Origin: Endomicrobiales bacterium
Lineage (GTDB): Bacteria > Elusimicrobiota > Endomicrobiia > Endomicrobiales > CAWCFT01
Reading direction: 5' to 3'
NCBI GenBank assembly: GCA_963794945.1
Contig: CAWCFT010000001.1
Span: 128,001-192,000 of the forward strand
Length of the DNA stretch: 64,000 nucleotides
Part shown: one piece after another, positions 1-9,666 of the stretch
Layout: the number at the start of each line of letters is the position of its first letter
How positions within the stretch are numbered: the stretch's first letter is position 1
Position numbers and translations under genes: made by a program
Notes under the pieces: model-generated
The model's input: the letters and a program-made list of their open reading frames with translations, nothing else
Databases searched by the model: none
Told to the model about the DNA's origin: nothing

Positions 1-439
1 GTATCAGCGCGAAGCCGAGTGTGAAATAGTTATAGTTGTAAAGCCAGAAAGCTATCGTTGCCATAAACGATATCGTGATAAAATGTTTTATCATCCCGTA
101 GGTTATGGCCGCTGTAAGGAATTCAAAAGGGGACAAAGGCGATACAAAGATATTCAAAATATTTCGCGCCCAGACGTCTTCAAGGAACGTTACCGTTATA
201 GACTGCTGCGCGCGGAATAGTATGTCCCACGAGATGAGGGCGCCTACGAAGAGCAGCATATAATCGATCTTCCCCCCGCTGTGGCTGTTGAGATAAACCG
301 TGGTGTAGCCCCAAACCATCAGGTCCATCATCGGCCAGTAGAACATGTCCATCCAGCGGGTAAAATTGCGCGGCATAAGCGTAACATGCCGGACAACAAG
401 CCCGTATATGCGTTTCAATGCTTTCCTGAGATTATTCAT
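1..439 (-). CDS. ABC-2 type transporter permease (runs off window edge)
   Basis: Own translation MNNLRKALKRIYGLVVRH...WMDMFYWP...FLEDVWARNILNIFVSPL, hydrophobic; lies downstream of ABC ATPase. Confidence 0.85.
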   Translation of the reverse strand, partial: MNNLRKALKRIYGLVVRHVTLMPRNFTRWMDMFYWPMMDLMVWGYTTVYLNSHSGGKIDYMLLFVGALISWDILFRAQQSITVTFLEDVWARNILNIFVSPLSPFEFLTAAITYGMIKHFITISFMATIAFWLYNYNYFTLGFALI

Positions 440-500
440 TATGACTTGTCCTTTTTGTAATTCCTAATTCTTTCCTCTTGCTTCAGATGGTGCCACTTCT

Positions 501-565
501 TGTCATTTCGACCCACCGAAGAGGCGGGGAGAAATCTAGATCCCTCACATTCGTTCGGGATGACA
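501..565. repeat. REP-like palindromic element, TGTCATTTCG...GAAATCT/AGAT...ATGACA family
   Basis: Terminal TGTCAT/ATGACA inverted ends; related copies at 7657-7720, 7761-7888, 21817-21891. Confidence 0.75.
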
Positions 566-689
566 ATTTAAGTAGCGCTCGAGATGACAAAGAGAGAGTT
601 TTGGCATAGTCCCGTGTTACACCACACCGTTGTGGCGGCTCCCTTATTCTTCCTTCTTTTCTTCAGACTGTGCCGTAGTGCCACAAGAT

Positions 690-806
690 GGTCTTTGCGA
701 GGGAGTGAAGCGACCGAAGCAATCTCGTTGTTTCCGGAGAAGTAAGATTGCCGCGCTCCTCTCCAAACTACCGGTGAGCCCTAGGCTTTCAGTCGCCCGC
801 AATTAC
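690..806. repeat. REP-like element, GTCTTTGCGA...GCAATCT/AGATTGC family
   Basis: Related copies at 6094-6165, 21664-21800; half-copies at 8551, 8755, 9039. Confidence 0.7.
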
Positions 807-819
807 GGAAATTGAGTAA

Positions 820-1542
820 TTATTCATCCCTACTTAATTCCAAAAACGCGTCCTCAAGATTATTCTGCTTGGCCTGCGTTATAAGTTTTGCCGGGGTAGT
901 GCGGGCTTTTATTTTCCCGTGGTGCAGGAATATCACTTCTTCGCACACCTCTTCCACTTCGTGCATGTTGTGGGACGTGTAGAGGATAGTTACCCCGTCC
1001 TGCTTTGCTATCTGCTGCAGCTGGCGGCGCACAATGCGGGCCGAAGCGGGGTCAAGGCTCGCGGTCGGCTCGTCGAGGCAGAGGAAACACGGCGAATTAA
1101 GCAGCGATTTTACCATGTTCAGCCGGGTAGATTGCCCGGAAGAAAGTTCTCCGGCTTTTTTATATTTGAACTCGGAGAGCTCAAATATCTTTAAAAGGTA
1201 ATCGGCCCGGTCCTGCCAGTGCGGCACATCATATAGATAAGAAAAAAACCTCAGATTTTCCCATATCTTGAGGTTTGATGGGAGGCTCACGTAAGCGGTG
1301 GAAAAATTCAACTTCGCGAGTATCTCCTGCCTGTGGCGCTGAATATCTTTGCCAAACACTTTTATCTTGCCCCGGGTAGGGGTTATCAGGCCCAGTATCA
1401 TATAGATGGTGGTTGTTTTGCCGGCACCGTTCGGGCCAAGAAGCCCCGTGATGCGGCCTTCAGGCAGGTCAAAGCTTATATCGTCTACCGCCGTAAAATC
1501 GTTAAAACATTTTGTGAGTTTATCTATTTCCAGAATAGCCAT
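820..1542 (-). CDS. ABC transporter ATP-binding protein
   Basis: Walker A GPNGAGKTT, LSSGQ signature, LDEPT, SH switch. Confidence 0.95.
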   Translation of the reverse strand: MAILEIDKLTKCFNDFTAVDDISFDLPEGRITGLLGPNGAGKTTTIYMILGLITPTRGKIKVFGKDIQRHRQEILAKLNFSTAYVSLPSNLKIWENLRFFSYLYDVPHWQDRADYLLKIFELSEFKYKKAGELSSGQSTRLNMVKSLLNSPCFLCLDEPTASLDPASARIVRRQLQQIAKQDGVTILYTSHNMHEVEEVCEEVIFLHHGKIKARTTPAKLITQAKQNNLEDAFLELSRDE

Positions 1543-1597
1543 TGCATCATCTTACAAAAGTTTGACTTTACAGGCAATATCACAATGAACCTCCGCG

Positions 1598-2230
1598 TCA
1601 CACGTGATCTTTATTGTCCGCGCCTATCGTCCCGGTTTTGAGCGGTCCGGCGAACTCGTAGGTGGCTATGATAACGCCCGTCGTGGCGGTTTTGGACTCA
1701 ATAAGCTTGAACCCTTCCGCCCGGGTTCCTTCCGCGAAAAGCCGCTTGCCGCCGCCCACGGTTACCGGAAAGGTCCAGATATGCATCCGGTCCAGCAAAT
1801 GGTTTTTCAGCAGGGTTTGAATCAGGTTGCCGCTGCCGTGCACCCAGAGGTCCGGGGCGTTCTCTTCCTTGAGCTTCTTTATCTGGCCCGCGACGTCGCC
1901 CGTAACGCAAACGGAGTTTTTCCAGGAAGGGTTGAACTGCTTATCCGAGACCACATATTTTTTTACACTGTTAAATTTGTTTGCCACCACCATATCCGTC
2001 TTCGCGTCCGGCCAGTACGAGGCGAAAATGTCATAGGTGAACTTGCCGAGCAGAAGCTCGAATGGAAGCCCCATAAAACCGGCCATCACCCCGCGGCCCA
2101 TCACATCGTCCCAATAGTTCGCCGTCCAGCCGCCGTACGCAAACCCGCCCGACGTGTCTTCCGCGGGCCCTCCCGGCGCCTGCATAACCCCGTCCAGTGT
2201 TACAAAAGTAGTGCTGATTATCTTTCTCAT
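1598..2230 (-). CDS. Dihydrofolate reductase-like (RibD C-terminal) protein
   Basis: TLDGVMQAPGG, LLLGKFTY, VHGSGNL, GGGKRLF motifs; start trimmed to MRKIIS behind GGAG RBS. Confidence 0.9.
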   Translation of the reverse strand: MRKIISTTFVTLDGVMQAPGGPAEDTSGGFAYGGWTANYWDDVMGRGVMAGFMGLPFELLLGKFTYDIFASYWPDAKTDMVVANKFNSVKKYVVSDKQFNPSWKNSVCVTGDVAGQIKKLKEENAPDLWVHGSGNLIQTLLKNHLLDRMHIWTFPVTVGGGKRLFAEGTRAEGFKLIESKTATTGVIIATYEFAGPLKTGTIGADNKDHV

Positions 2231-2361
2231 ATGTTTCTCTCCTTGTATAACTTTTCCGGCAACCTTTTTAACTTGACGATCACGTCCTGCCCGCCAAGAA
2301 ACCGGCTGATTCCGCCGAGTGACAGTCGGATCTGCGACTTCGGCTTGCGGGGCAGTCAGTG

Positions 2362-2463
2362 CTTCCCCTCTTTTGTAAAGAGGGGATTGAGGGGAGTTAG
2401 AAAGTGAGAGGCAGTAACACATTTATAGAACTCCCCCCTGCCCCTCTTTGCACAAAAGAGGGG
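2362..2463. repeat. CCCCTCTTT...AAAGAGGGG double-hairpin REP-like element
   Basis: Two inverted hairpins; related copies at 5835-5964 and 8942-8979. Confidence 0.7.
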
Positions 2464-2722
2464 TGTAATCGGGTATATTTTAGCAATCTGTTCATAAAAA
2501 CGCCATCAGCGTATTCTCCTTTTCTTTGCTTTTTTTCCACTTTAAGCCCGATGTAAAAAGACTCACGAAGTGGAAAATAATAAGTAAATTGTAAATTCAG
2601 GCAATTGCGCGGTATTCCCTGCTTTGGTATTCTTTAACTGTTGAAAGCGTTATACAACGAGCAAGGTAAATTGAGGGAGGCGCGGCAAGCGGCCATCCCA
2701 AACGAACAAAGGAGTAATAAAA

Positions 2723-3856
2723 ATGAAGAACATCGTGTTGGTTCATGGAGCTTTTGCAGATGGGTCAGGATGGGAAGGTGTCTACAAGATCTTAAAGAAG
2801 GACGGGTACAACGTCAGCATAGTCCAAAATCCGACGGTATCGCTGGAAGATGATGTCGCCGCTACAAAGCGGGTGTTAGCCGACCAGGACGCACCGGCTA
2901 TCCTTGTCGGCCACTCCTACGGCGGTGCGGTGATCACTGAGGCGGGCAATGACCTCAAAGTCGCGGGGCTCGTCTATATTTCCGCCTTTGCTCCGGACAA
3001 AGGAGAGTCCGTTGGCTCGCTTATTAAAAATCCGGCGCCGGGAGCGGCGGTGCCCCCGATTTTGCCTCCCAAGGATGGGTACCTGTTGATCGATAAGGCG
3101 AAGTTCCCCGCGGCTTTCGCGGCGGACGTCGATGCCGATAAGGCCGCGTTCATGGCTAACTCCCAGGTGCCTTTTGGCGTGGAAGCGCTAAACGGCGCCA
3201 TAAGCGTGCCGGCGTGGAAATTCCGGCAGAGCTGGTACCTGGTGACCACGGACGACCAAATGATCCCGCCACCGGCTCAGCGCGCCATGGCCAAGCGGGC
3301 GGGCGCTGTCGTCGTCGAGGCAAAAGGCAGCCACGCGGCCTACATGTCGCAGCCCAAAGCTGTCGCGGCTATCATCGAACAGGCCGCCAAGGGTGTGAAG
3401 ACACCTGGATCAAGAACGGATCAGTTGAAACAATTGATTTCGCACATCGAGAAAAGGGAAACGAGCAAGGCAGACATGCTTTTGGCGGATGATTTCATGT
3501 TTTCGGGGCCAACGCCGGAACCGCTCTCAAAGAAAAGTTTCATGGAGTTTCATTCGTCCCTCGTAAGCGCGTTCCCGGATTTTTCGTTCAACGCTCACGA
3601 TTTTGAAGAGAGCGGCGATAAGGTTAAGTTCAAGGTCAGTATCACCGGAACTAATCAAAGAGAGCTTAACTTTCCCATGATGGGAATAAAAGCCGCCGCC
3701 ACCTATAAGCGCGTAGCGCTGCCCGAAGAGAAGATCGAGATCGAGTTCACCGGCAACCAGGTCTCCAGCTTCAAAGTGGAAAAGGCGGCTAATGGCGGTG
3801 TTCCCGGTATGCTTTCACAGCTTGGAATCCCGATGCCCGCGCCGGCTAAGGTGTAA
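2723..3856 (+). CDS. Alpha/beta hydrolase fused to C-terminal SnoaL/NTF2-like domain
   Basis: VLVHGAF, GHSYGG nucleophile elbow, GSH; C-terminal AFPDFSF...ITGT. Confidence 0.85.
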   Translation: MKNIVLVHGAFADGSGWEGVYKILKKDGYNVSIVQNPTVSLEDDVAATKRVLADQDAPAILVGHSYGGAVITEAGNDLKVAGLVYISAFAPDKGESVGSLIKNPAPGAAVPPILPPKDGYLLIDKAKFPAAFAADVDADKAAFMANSQVPFGVEALNGAISVPAWKFRQSWYLVTTDDQMIPPPAQRAMAKRAGAVVVEAKGSHAAYMSQPKAVAAIIEQAAKGVKTPGSRTDQLKQLISHIEKRETSKADMLLADDFMFSGPTPEPLSKKSFMEFHSSLVSAFPDFSFNAHDFEESGDKVKFKVSITGTNQRELNFPMMGIKAAATYKRVALPEEKIEIEFTGNQVSSFKVEKAANGGVPGMLSQLGIPMPAPAKV

Positions 3857-3881
3857 GCTCAGAAAACCAAATAGAGAACAG

Positions 3882-3919
3882 AAAAAGACAGATAAGATTT
3901 ATTTCTATCTGTCTTTTTT
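3882..3919. terminator. Bidirectional intrinsic terminator
   Basis: AAAAAGACAGATA-loop-TATCTGTCTTTTT between convergent genes. Confidence 0.8.
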
Positions 3920-3979
3920 ATGCACGGACGTGCGGGTTCAACGCGCGTTAGAAAAGAAGCTCATCCCCGGCTCGATATA

Positions 3980-4852
3980 TCAAAAGCTGTAAATACATAA
4001 CAATGAAACGCCTTCCCCGGAAACCATGGGGAAAAAAACCAGATCGGAGGATCCCAGGTTCGCTTTTGTAATTTTACGTTTTTGCATGGATTCTATTTCT
4101 TTCCCCGTATAATAGCCCAAAGCCGCTCCGGGAAGAACGTCCGAGCCCCAGTGTTCATTCTCATTCAGCATTGAGAGCGCGGTAAGGGTGGCAACTGAGT
4201 AAGCGATAACAGGCACAAGCGGAATATCGGAGAATTCGGTCGCGACGATCACCGAAGTGGCGAACGCGCAGGATGTATGCCCCGAAGGAAACGCCTGGTT
4301 GTCTATATTGGTCCACGAGACATGCCAGTCATTATAAGGAAGGCCTGAATCGGGCAGCGGCCTTTGCAGGGTAACCTTGATAGCGCTCGTCAGAATTGTG
4401 TTTACGACTACGCTTTCAGCGCCGAGCATACCCGCCCTCTTGTATTTATCATCATCGTTAAATTCTCCGTAGATATAGAGTGACGAAAGGATCGCGGCGG
4501 TAAACGAGCCGTCGCCAAAGTGTATGAAAAAGAGGGCGGCGGTATCGGATTGATATGACCTGTTCCTTTGAAAAAAGTTTCTTGTCGTAGTATCCTGAGT
4601 GTAGAGTAACCCCGTGCCGAGGGCTATAAGCCCGGCTTTACCCCAGTTTGTCGCGGTGAAATGAAACGGCGCGATAAACATAGATTTCAGGTAATCATAA
4701 GTTAGCGGGAATTGCCGCAGATTCAAATCGTAATTATCGTTGTAGTCGTCGGCATAACATTTACCGGCCGCGAATTGAACGTTCAGCGCTACCATTGCCG
4801 TCATTAATATAATTTTCAGCGGTTTGGCCGCGATGCCTGTTATTTGGATCAT
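3980..4852 (-). CDS. PAP2-family membrane phosphatase
   Basis: K-x4-R-P, FPSGH, HWGSDV motifs. Confidence 0.9.
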   Translation of the reverse strand: MIQITGIAAKPLKIILMTAMVALNVQFAAGKCYADDYNDNYDLNLRQFPLTYDYLKSMFIAPFHFTATNWGKAGLIALGTGLLYTQDTTTRNFFQRNRSYQSDTAALFFIHFGDGSFTAAILSSLYIYGEFNDDDKYKRAGMLGAESVVVNTILTSAIKVTLQRPLPDSGLPYNDWHVSWTNIDNQAFPSGHTSCAFATSVIVATEFSDIPLVPVIAYSVATLTALSMLNENEHWGSDVLPGAALGYYTGKEIESMQKRKITKANLGSSDLVFFPMVSGEGVSLLCIYSF

Positions 4853-5227
4853 ACTAGAGGATATACATTTGTGTCACCCCTTCCAATTACTTTCTTCCGT
4901 TTTGTACTGATAGTTTTCCACGTTTCCCCTTCATAAACAAAAAAAGACAGCTATAAAATGTTCTGCCTTTTTTCTTTTGCATCCAATTACATACGTGTCC
5001 AAATTGGACAGCATAGTTCGACAAAAGAGCCATACTGAGATTTTATCTTTTATTAATGGACATTTCAAGGTCAACTGCAATAGAGAAGCCTTCGTCTCTT
5101 CGCGATCGGTTCTCTAATAATAGGATGTTTAACTTTTAGTCAGCGGAACGTGGAATTCCGTCATAGCGCCTGGCCTCTATTTAAAATACAATCAATAGTG
5201 AAGTAACAAAATTCAAGGAGGTACACA

Positions 5228-5779
5228 ATGAAGAGATTTTATATGCTGCCGTTATTCGTTCTCCTGCTTTCAGCGGGAATGTCGTTCGCGGAAGAAGGGG
5301 GTTGTGAGCACGGCATGATGATGGAACGTCATATGTGCGGGCATTGCGGGATGGAAGGCAATGAGATGATGGAGCAGGGCAAGATTTGCCCGGAAAAGAT
5401 GATGCATCACATGATGGATTACACGCTGATGAACGTTGAGATGTACCTGGAGAACAAGGATGAGCTGGCTATAAGCCCCGACCAGAAGGACATGCTTAAG
5501 GGGATCAAGATCGGTTTCGAGAAGGCGGCGGTAAGTAAGGAGGCGGACATAAAGATCGCGATGATAGACCTCAAGGCCGCGGCGATGAGGGACACCCCCG
5601 ATTTCAGCGCCGTCAGACAGCAGGTACAGATGATCACCAAGCTCTACACGGACCTGTTCACGGCAAAGGTAGACGCCATGGAAAAAGGGTTCAACGTGTT
5701 GACCGACGCGCAGAAACAAAAGGTTCTGATGCTCAAGGAAGGAAAAAAGGAAAAGATGAAGGGCGAAATGAAGAGATAA
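5228..5779 (+). CDS. Spy/CpxP-like periplasmic protein with Met/His/Cys-rich N-terminus
   Basis: Signal peptide, ISPDQ and LTDAQ (LTXXQ) motifs, AAGGAGG RBS. Confidence 0.75.
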   Translation: MKRFYMLPLFVLLLSAGMSFAEEGGCEHGMMMERHMCGHCGMEGNEMMEQGKICPEKMMHHMMDYTLMNVEMYLENKDELAISPDQKDMLKGIKIGFEKAAVSKEADIKIAMIDLKAAAMRDTPDFSAVRQQVQMITKLYTDLFTAKVDAMEKGFNVLTDAQKQKVLMLKEGKKEKMKGEMKR

Positions 5780-6201
5780 TGGGGTAGCAAATCTTTGCCC
5801 CCCTATCCACTTCGTGAATGAAGAGGGAGACATATCTCCCCCCTCTTTATATACAAAGTTAAGAATCTCGAAGAGTCGCCTCTGGAGACCGACTTCTACG
5901 GAAGGGGCTGGAGGTGGCACATATTATCCCCCCTCTTTAAGTACAAAGAGGGGCTGGGGGAGTTCAGATCGGATTTATCTTCTGAAAATTGTAAAGGGAT
6001 TTTTGGGGACAGGTGGTTTCACGCGCATTAAACGGGGATAGTTAATGGCCTAACATATATTTTTCAACAAAGAAAACGCAGGAAGTATGGGGAGCGATCT
6101 CGTCTTTCGGCGAAACAACAGGATTGCCGCGTCGTCCCGCAAAGCGAGACTCCTCGCAAAGACACCTAAAAAAGGGTTTTTCAACACTCTCTATTTGTAA
6201 T

Positions 6202-6534
6202 TCAGCGGTTTCTGCGAGCTCTGAATGCGAAAGGCAGGAAATACTTTCTCCACAAGGTGTCGGAAGAAGAGAACCGGTTTGAACCGGCGAAGAAATCAAC
6301 AGCAGCTTCCCGTACACGGGCTACTTCTTTTACGCGTTTTACGTTCCTCGCGTCGTCAAGGGTCAGGTCAAGCAGTTCCAGCGCTCGTTCAAAAGCCTTC
6401 TGGCTGTAAGCGGCATTGTTTTTCGCCCGCCAATTCAGCGAACGTTCTATCTCACTGCCAATATTTGCCATCTGCTCAACAAACGTAAATTCGTTCCACC
6501 GCCCGGCGGCAAGTTCTTTGTGCTGAAAACTCAT
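6202..6534 (-). CDS. Conserved hypothetical helical protein
   Basis: HKELAAGRW...QMANIGSE...RALELLDLT, protein-like composition. Confidence 0.75.
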   Translation of the reverse strand: MSFQHKELAAGRWNEFTFVEQMANIGSEIERSLNWRAKNNAAYSQKAFERALELLDLTLDDARNVKRVKEVARVREAAVDFFAGSNRFSSSDTLWRKYFLPFAFRARRNR

Positions 6535-6658
6535 TTCTTCACCCTTTTCGATACTACCGAGGCGATCTTCCTGCGGATTTGCTCATCATCAGAATTTTGA
6601 CTCTATGCTGGCATCCGCCCGTCCGCCGAGATATATCGATCAATGTATGTCTTTCAGT

Positions 6659-7267
6659 TCAGTAACTTCTACTAACGCCGTCTATCGGAAGAAAATACCC
6701 TTTAATATTATTCAGGTTCCTTACACAAATTTGAATATGATTTTTCTCTCTAAAACCGGCATTAGGGTAAAGCAGTCTCCCCTCCCAAAAAGGGCTTCTA
6801 ACGGTATCATAAGGCTTTTCTTTAGATACGTCAATAATGGTGTGCAGTGTCTGTATCACGGCGCAATCCAACTTTCTTCTCAAAGGCACTTCTTCTTCTG
6901 ATTTAGAATTTTCTGGAATTTTTTCACCGCGTTTATTTAAGTCTTCAATTAAAAAATTATAAGTATCTTTAACAGCATCCAAAGCTTTCTGATCAAATAG
7001 ATTTAAACAGCGCCCCAAATCGATGATTGCCCCTATTACCGCAGGGTTATTGATCACTTCCGAACATCTTTCCGGATGGTCTCTCATTTCTTTAGCATAC
7101 TGCAATGCCCTGTGCGGGTCATTTTCCCAAAAGTACATACCGTGGCCGAGCCAATCATAATCATTTTTACTTGGATGCTGGCTTTCTTTTTTCAGCAATA
7201 GTTTGTCCGCTGTTTTCTGGTCACAACCATGAAACCCAAAAACAAAAGATGGTAAAATTGAATACAT
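6659..7267 (-). CDS. Hypothetical protein, ADP-ribosyltransferase-like fold candidate
   Basis: GFHGC, WLGHGMYFW, HIQICVRN motifs; AT-rich. Confidence 0.6.
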   Translation of the reverse strand: MYSILPSFVFGFHGCDQKTADKLLLKKESQHPSKNDYDWLGHGMYFWENDPHRALQYAKEMRDHPERCSEVINNPAVIGAIIDLGRCLNLFDQKALDAVKDTYNFLIEDLNKRGEKIPENSKSEEEVPLRRKLDCAVIQTLHTIIDVSKEKPYDTVRSPFWEGRLLYPNAGFREKNHIQICVRNLNNIKGYFLPIDGVSRSY

Positions 7268-7274
7268 AGGGGGG

Positions 7275-7409
7275 TTATTTATAGATCTTTTCGAGTTTGC
7301 CCGTAGATGTGAGGATCCCTGCTTGATGGAGAACTTTCAAGGATTCCTTCGGGGAGGAAGCTATTTTCTTTAATTCTTTTTGATAATTCTTCTTTTCTTT
7401 TTCAGTCAT
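7275..7409 (-). CDS. 44-aa small protein (missed by ORF track)
   Basis: GGAG RBS; MTEKEKKNYQKELKKIASSPKESLKVLHQAGILTSTGKLEKIYK; ends 7 bp before next start. Confidence 0.7.
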   Translation of the reverse strand: MTEKEKKNYQKELKKIASSPKESLKVLHQAGILTSTGKLEKIYK

Positions 7410-7899
7410 TGGGCAACTCCTTTCAATACTGATTATAGTTATTATTTAATATTTATGCAAGGTTTCAATTAAGGGTCTTTAGAGAGCTAACAAGCAATCA
7501 AAAGGAACATATAAATCATATATATCTGAAATCAATTTGTCAATATTTGTTCGGCAACACCCTTTCATGTGCAGTCTATGGTATTATTTTATACACTATA
7601 TTTTACTATGTCAATACACATCTGTCCGGTTAAATATCTTCTAAAGACCGTAAATCTGTCATTTCGATCCGCCTTAGGCGGAGAGAAATCTTGTCTTAGG
7701 TCGTACACAAAGATCTCTCCCGCCCACTACGATACGGCGGGCAAGCATCCCGCCCTCTCCGTCATTCCCGAAATCTTCAATCGGGAATCCACTTCCTTTA
7801 AAGACTTTTATACCATGCCTAAGGCGATCTGCCTCCGGCGGAAATGCTCTTGTTCTGGATGCCGGATTACCAATTTCCGGCATGACATCATTTTACTCG

Positions 7900-8457
7900 C
7901 TACTTCAACTCCGCGTCCAGCAGCGCGATGTACTGCTCCTTTGTCATCCCCATTTTACTAAGCTGGGCATCAACCATGGGCGCAAGGCCGGGGTTTTCCA
8001 TTGACGCCTTTATCATCTGCAGCGCCGTCTTGTTGCCCGTCAGGCCGAGGCTCTTTATGGTATCGGCAGGCGGCAAAGTAGCCGCACCTTGCGCGGGAGC
8101 CCCTGCATTGACTGCCTTGATCTTCCCGCCCTTGCCCGCGGAAGAGGAGGGCCCTGTTGAGTGTTTTTTGTGCGTGTTCGGCTTCAATGTCGCCTTCACT
8201 TCAAAGCCCGTATCTCCCACATTTTCAACCTTGAGAACCATAAGTTTATACGCCGCTCCCATGCTTCTCGCAAGCTTCGCAAGTTTCTTCACTTTACCAC
8301 CGGCTTCTTCCCTGCTTTTTGCTTCAATATCAAGCTTCAACCCAACCCCCGGCTTTGCCTTCAACTGCCCATAAACTTGCTTCAAAAACAGCTTCTCTTC
8401 CGCGCCGCTGTCAGCTTCCTTTGCCAGCTCAAACTCCCCTACGATTTTCATAGCCAT
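7900..8457 (-). CDS. Hypothetical Lys/Ala-rich protein
   Basis: AAGGAGG RBS, plausible composition; no family recognised. Confidence 0.7.
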   Translation of the reverse strand: MAMKIVGEFELAKEADSGAEEKLFLKQVYGQLKAKPGVGLKLDIEAKSREEAGGKVKKLAKLARSMGAAYKLMVLKVENVGDTGFEVKATLKPNTHKKHSTGPSSSAGKGGKIKAVNAGAPAQGAATLPPADTIKSLGLTGNKTALQMIKASMENPGLAPMVDAQLSKMGMTKEQYIALLDAELK

Positions 8458-8517
8458 TGTGGCCTCCTTTCAGCCCTGGTCCGCCTTCCCCCATCAGAAC
8501 TGTGCCGCAAATATTAT

Positions 8518-9160
8518 GCTTCCAATCCAGCTTCCGTTTTGCTTACATCTGTCTTCGCGAGGCCGCCTCTGGCGGGCGTGGCGATCTTGATGTTCGCCTT
8601 CCTTTCAGCTTCAATTCAAGATTCCAATTTGCTTCCAGTTAAGCTTCATGTTTGCTTCCAATTCAGCTTCCATTCTGCTTCCATCAAGCTTCCCTTAAGC
8701 TTCCTTTTTGCTTCTAGTTTAGCTTCCATTTCGGCTTCTATTTTGCTTCCATTCGTCTTCGCGAGTCCGCCTCTGGCGGGCGTGGCGATCTCGATGTTAG
8801 CCTTCCTTTCAGCTTCCATTCAAGCTTCCATTTTGCTTCCAGTTAAGCTTCATTTTCGCCAACATTCCGCGCATTAAACTCCTTCGCCCAGCAAGTCAAA
8901 TCCGCCGTGGTAGGCAGGTGGTATAAATGTTTGTCAAACTTCCTCTCCATTGATGGGAGAGGATTGAGGTGAGGGTGAGATTGACCAACTTTCAGCTTCC
9001 TATTTGCTTCCAATTAAGCTTCCGTTTTGCTTCCATCTGTCTTCGCGAGTCCGCCTCTGGCGGGCGTGGCGATCACGACGTTAGCCTTCCTTTCAGCTTC
9101 CATTCAAGCTTCCTTTTTGCTTCCAAATCAGCTTCCATTAATGCTTCCCTATCAGCTTCC
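8518..9160. repeat. Array of GCTTC(C) motifs at 11-12 bp spacing with three embedded REP half-elements
   Basis: 28 GCTTC counted; GTCTTCGCGAGKCCGCCTCTGGCGGGCGTGGCGATC at 8551, 8755, 9039. Confidence 0.85.
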
Positions 9161-9666
9161 CTGCCGGCAGTTTAAGCCCTTCCTATCAATGAGCACTGAA
9201 GCCCCTCAATCTTACACAAATAGCCCTGAAATCCGCCTTCTTGTGTTGCGGAATAATCATTCATAATACAACAACTTAATGCATTTGATGTTAAACCTGG
9301 TTAGTGAAAGCCTGACATCGTTTAGTTGTAAAGTCTTTGCCCGCGAACGACGAGCAACGAGATACGAACGACTGCCTCTAGGTTTTGCACAAATATTTAT
9401 AGCAGATTTTTTGAATATTTCAAGGTTTTGAGAGTTTTGAGCGGGAGGGTTAACCCCGTTAGAGGAAACGGGCACTTTGCGAATAAAGATGGCTACATTA
9501 CACCACCATCTAACAGCATTGATTCAAACCACCGACAGGAACCGGCGGCATCCTCTAACGTGGTGAAGATTAACACTGCGCAAGCAGAAACATTAGTGAA
9601 GTCGAGTGGCCTGACATCGGAAGAGTTATGTCTCTAATTCCCACAATAGGTTCAACAAGTCAAGCC

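Noticed and set aside
4997..5011. TGTCCAAATTGGACA palindrome in a divergent promoter region
   Set aside because: Plausible operator, but no cognate regulator or full second site visible.
6531..6655. Truncated gene tail DDEQIRRKIASVVSKRVKK overlapping the next start
   Set aside because: Probably a remnant, but too short to assign without a search.
8161..8877. 238-aa plus-strand ORF
   Set aside because: Antisense to a better gene and running through a stop-poor repeat.
8518..9160. CRISPR array from the three 36-bp repeats
   Set aside because: Spacers are ~170-250 bp, internally repetitive and similar to each other; no cas genes.
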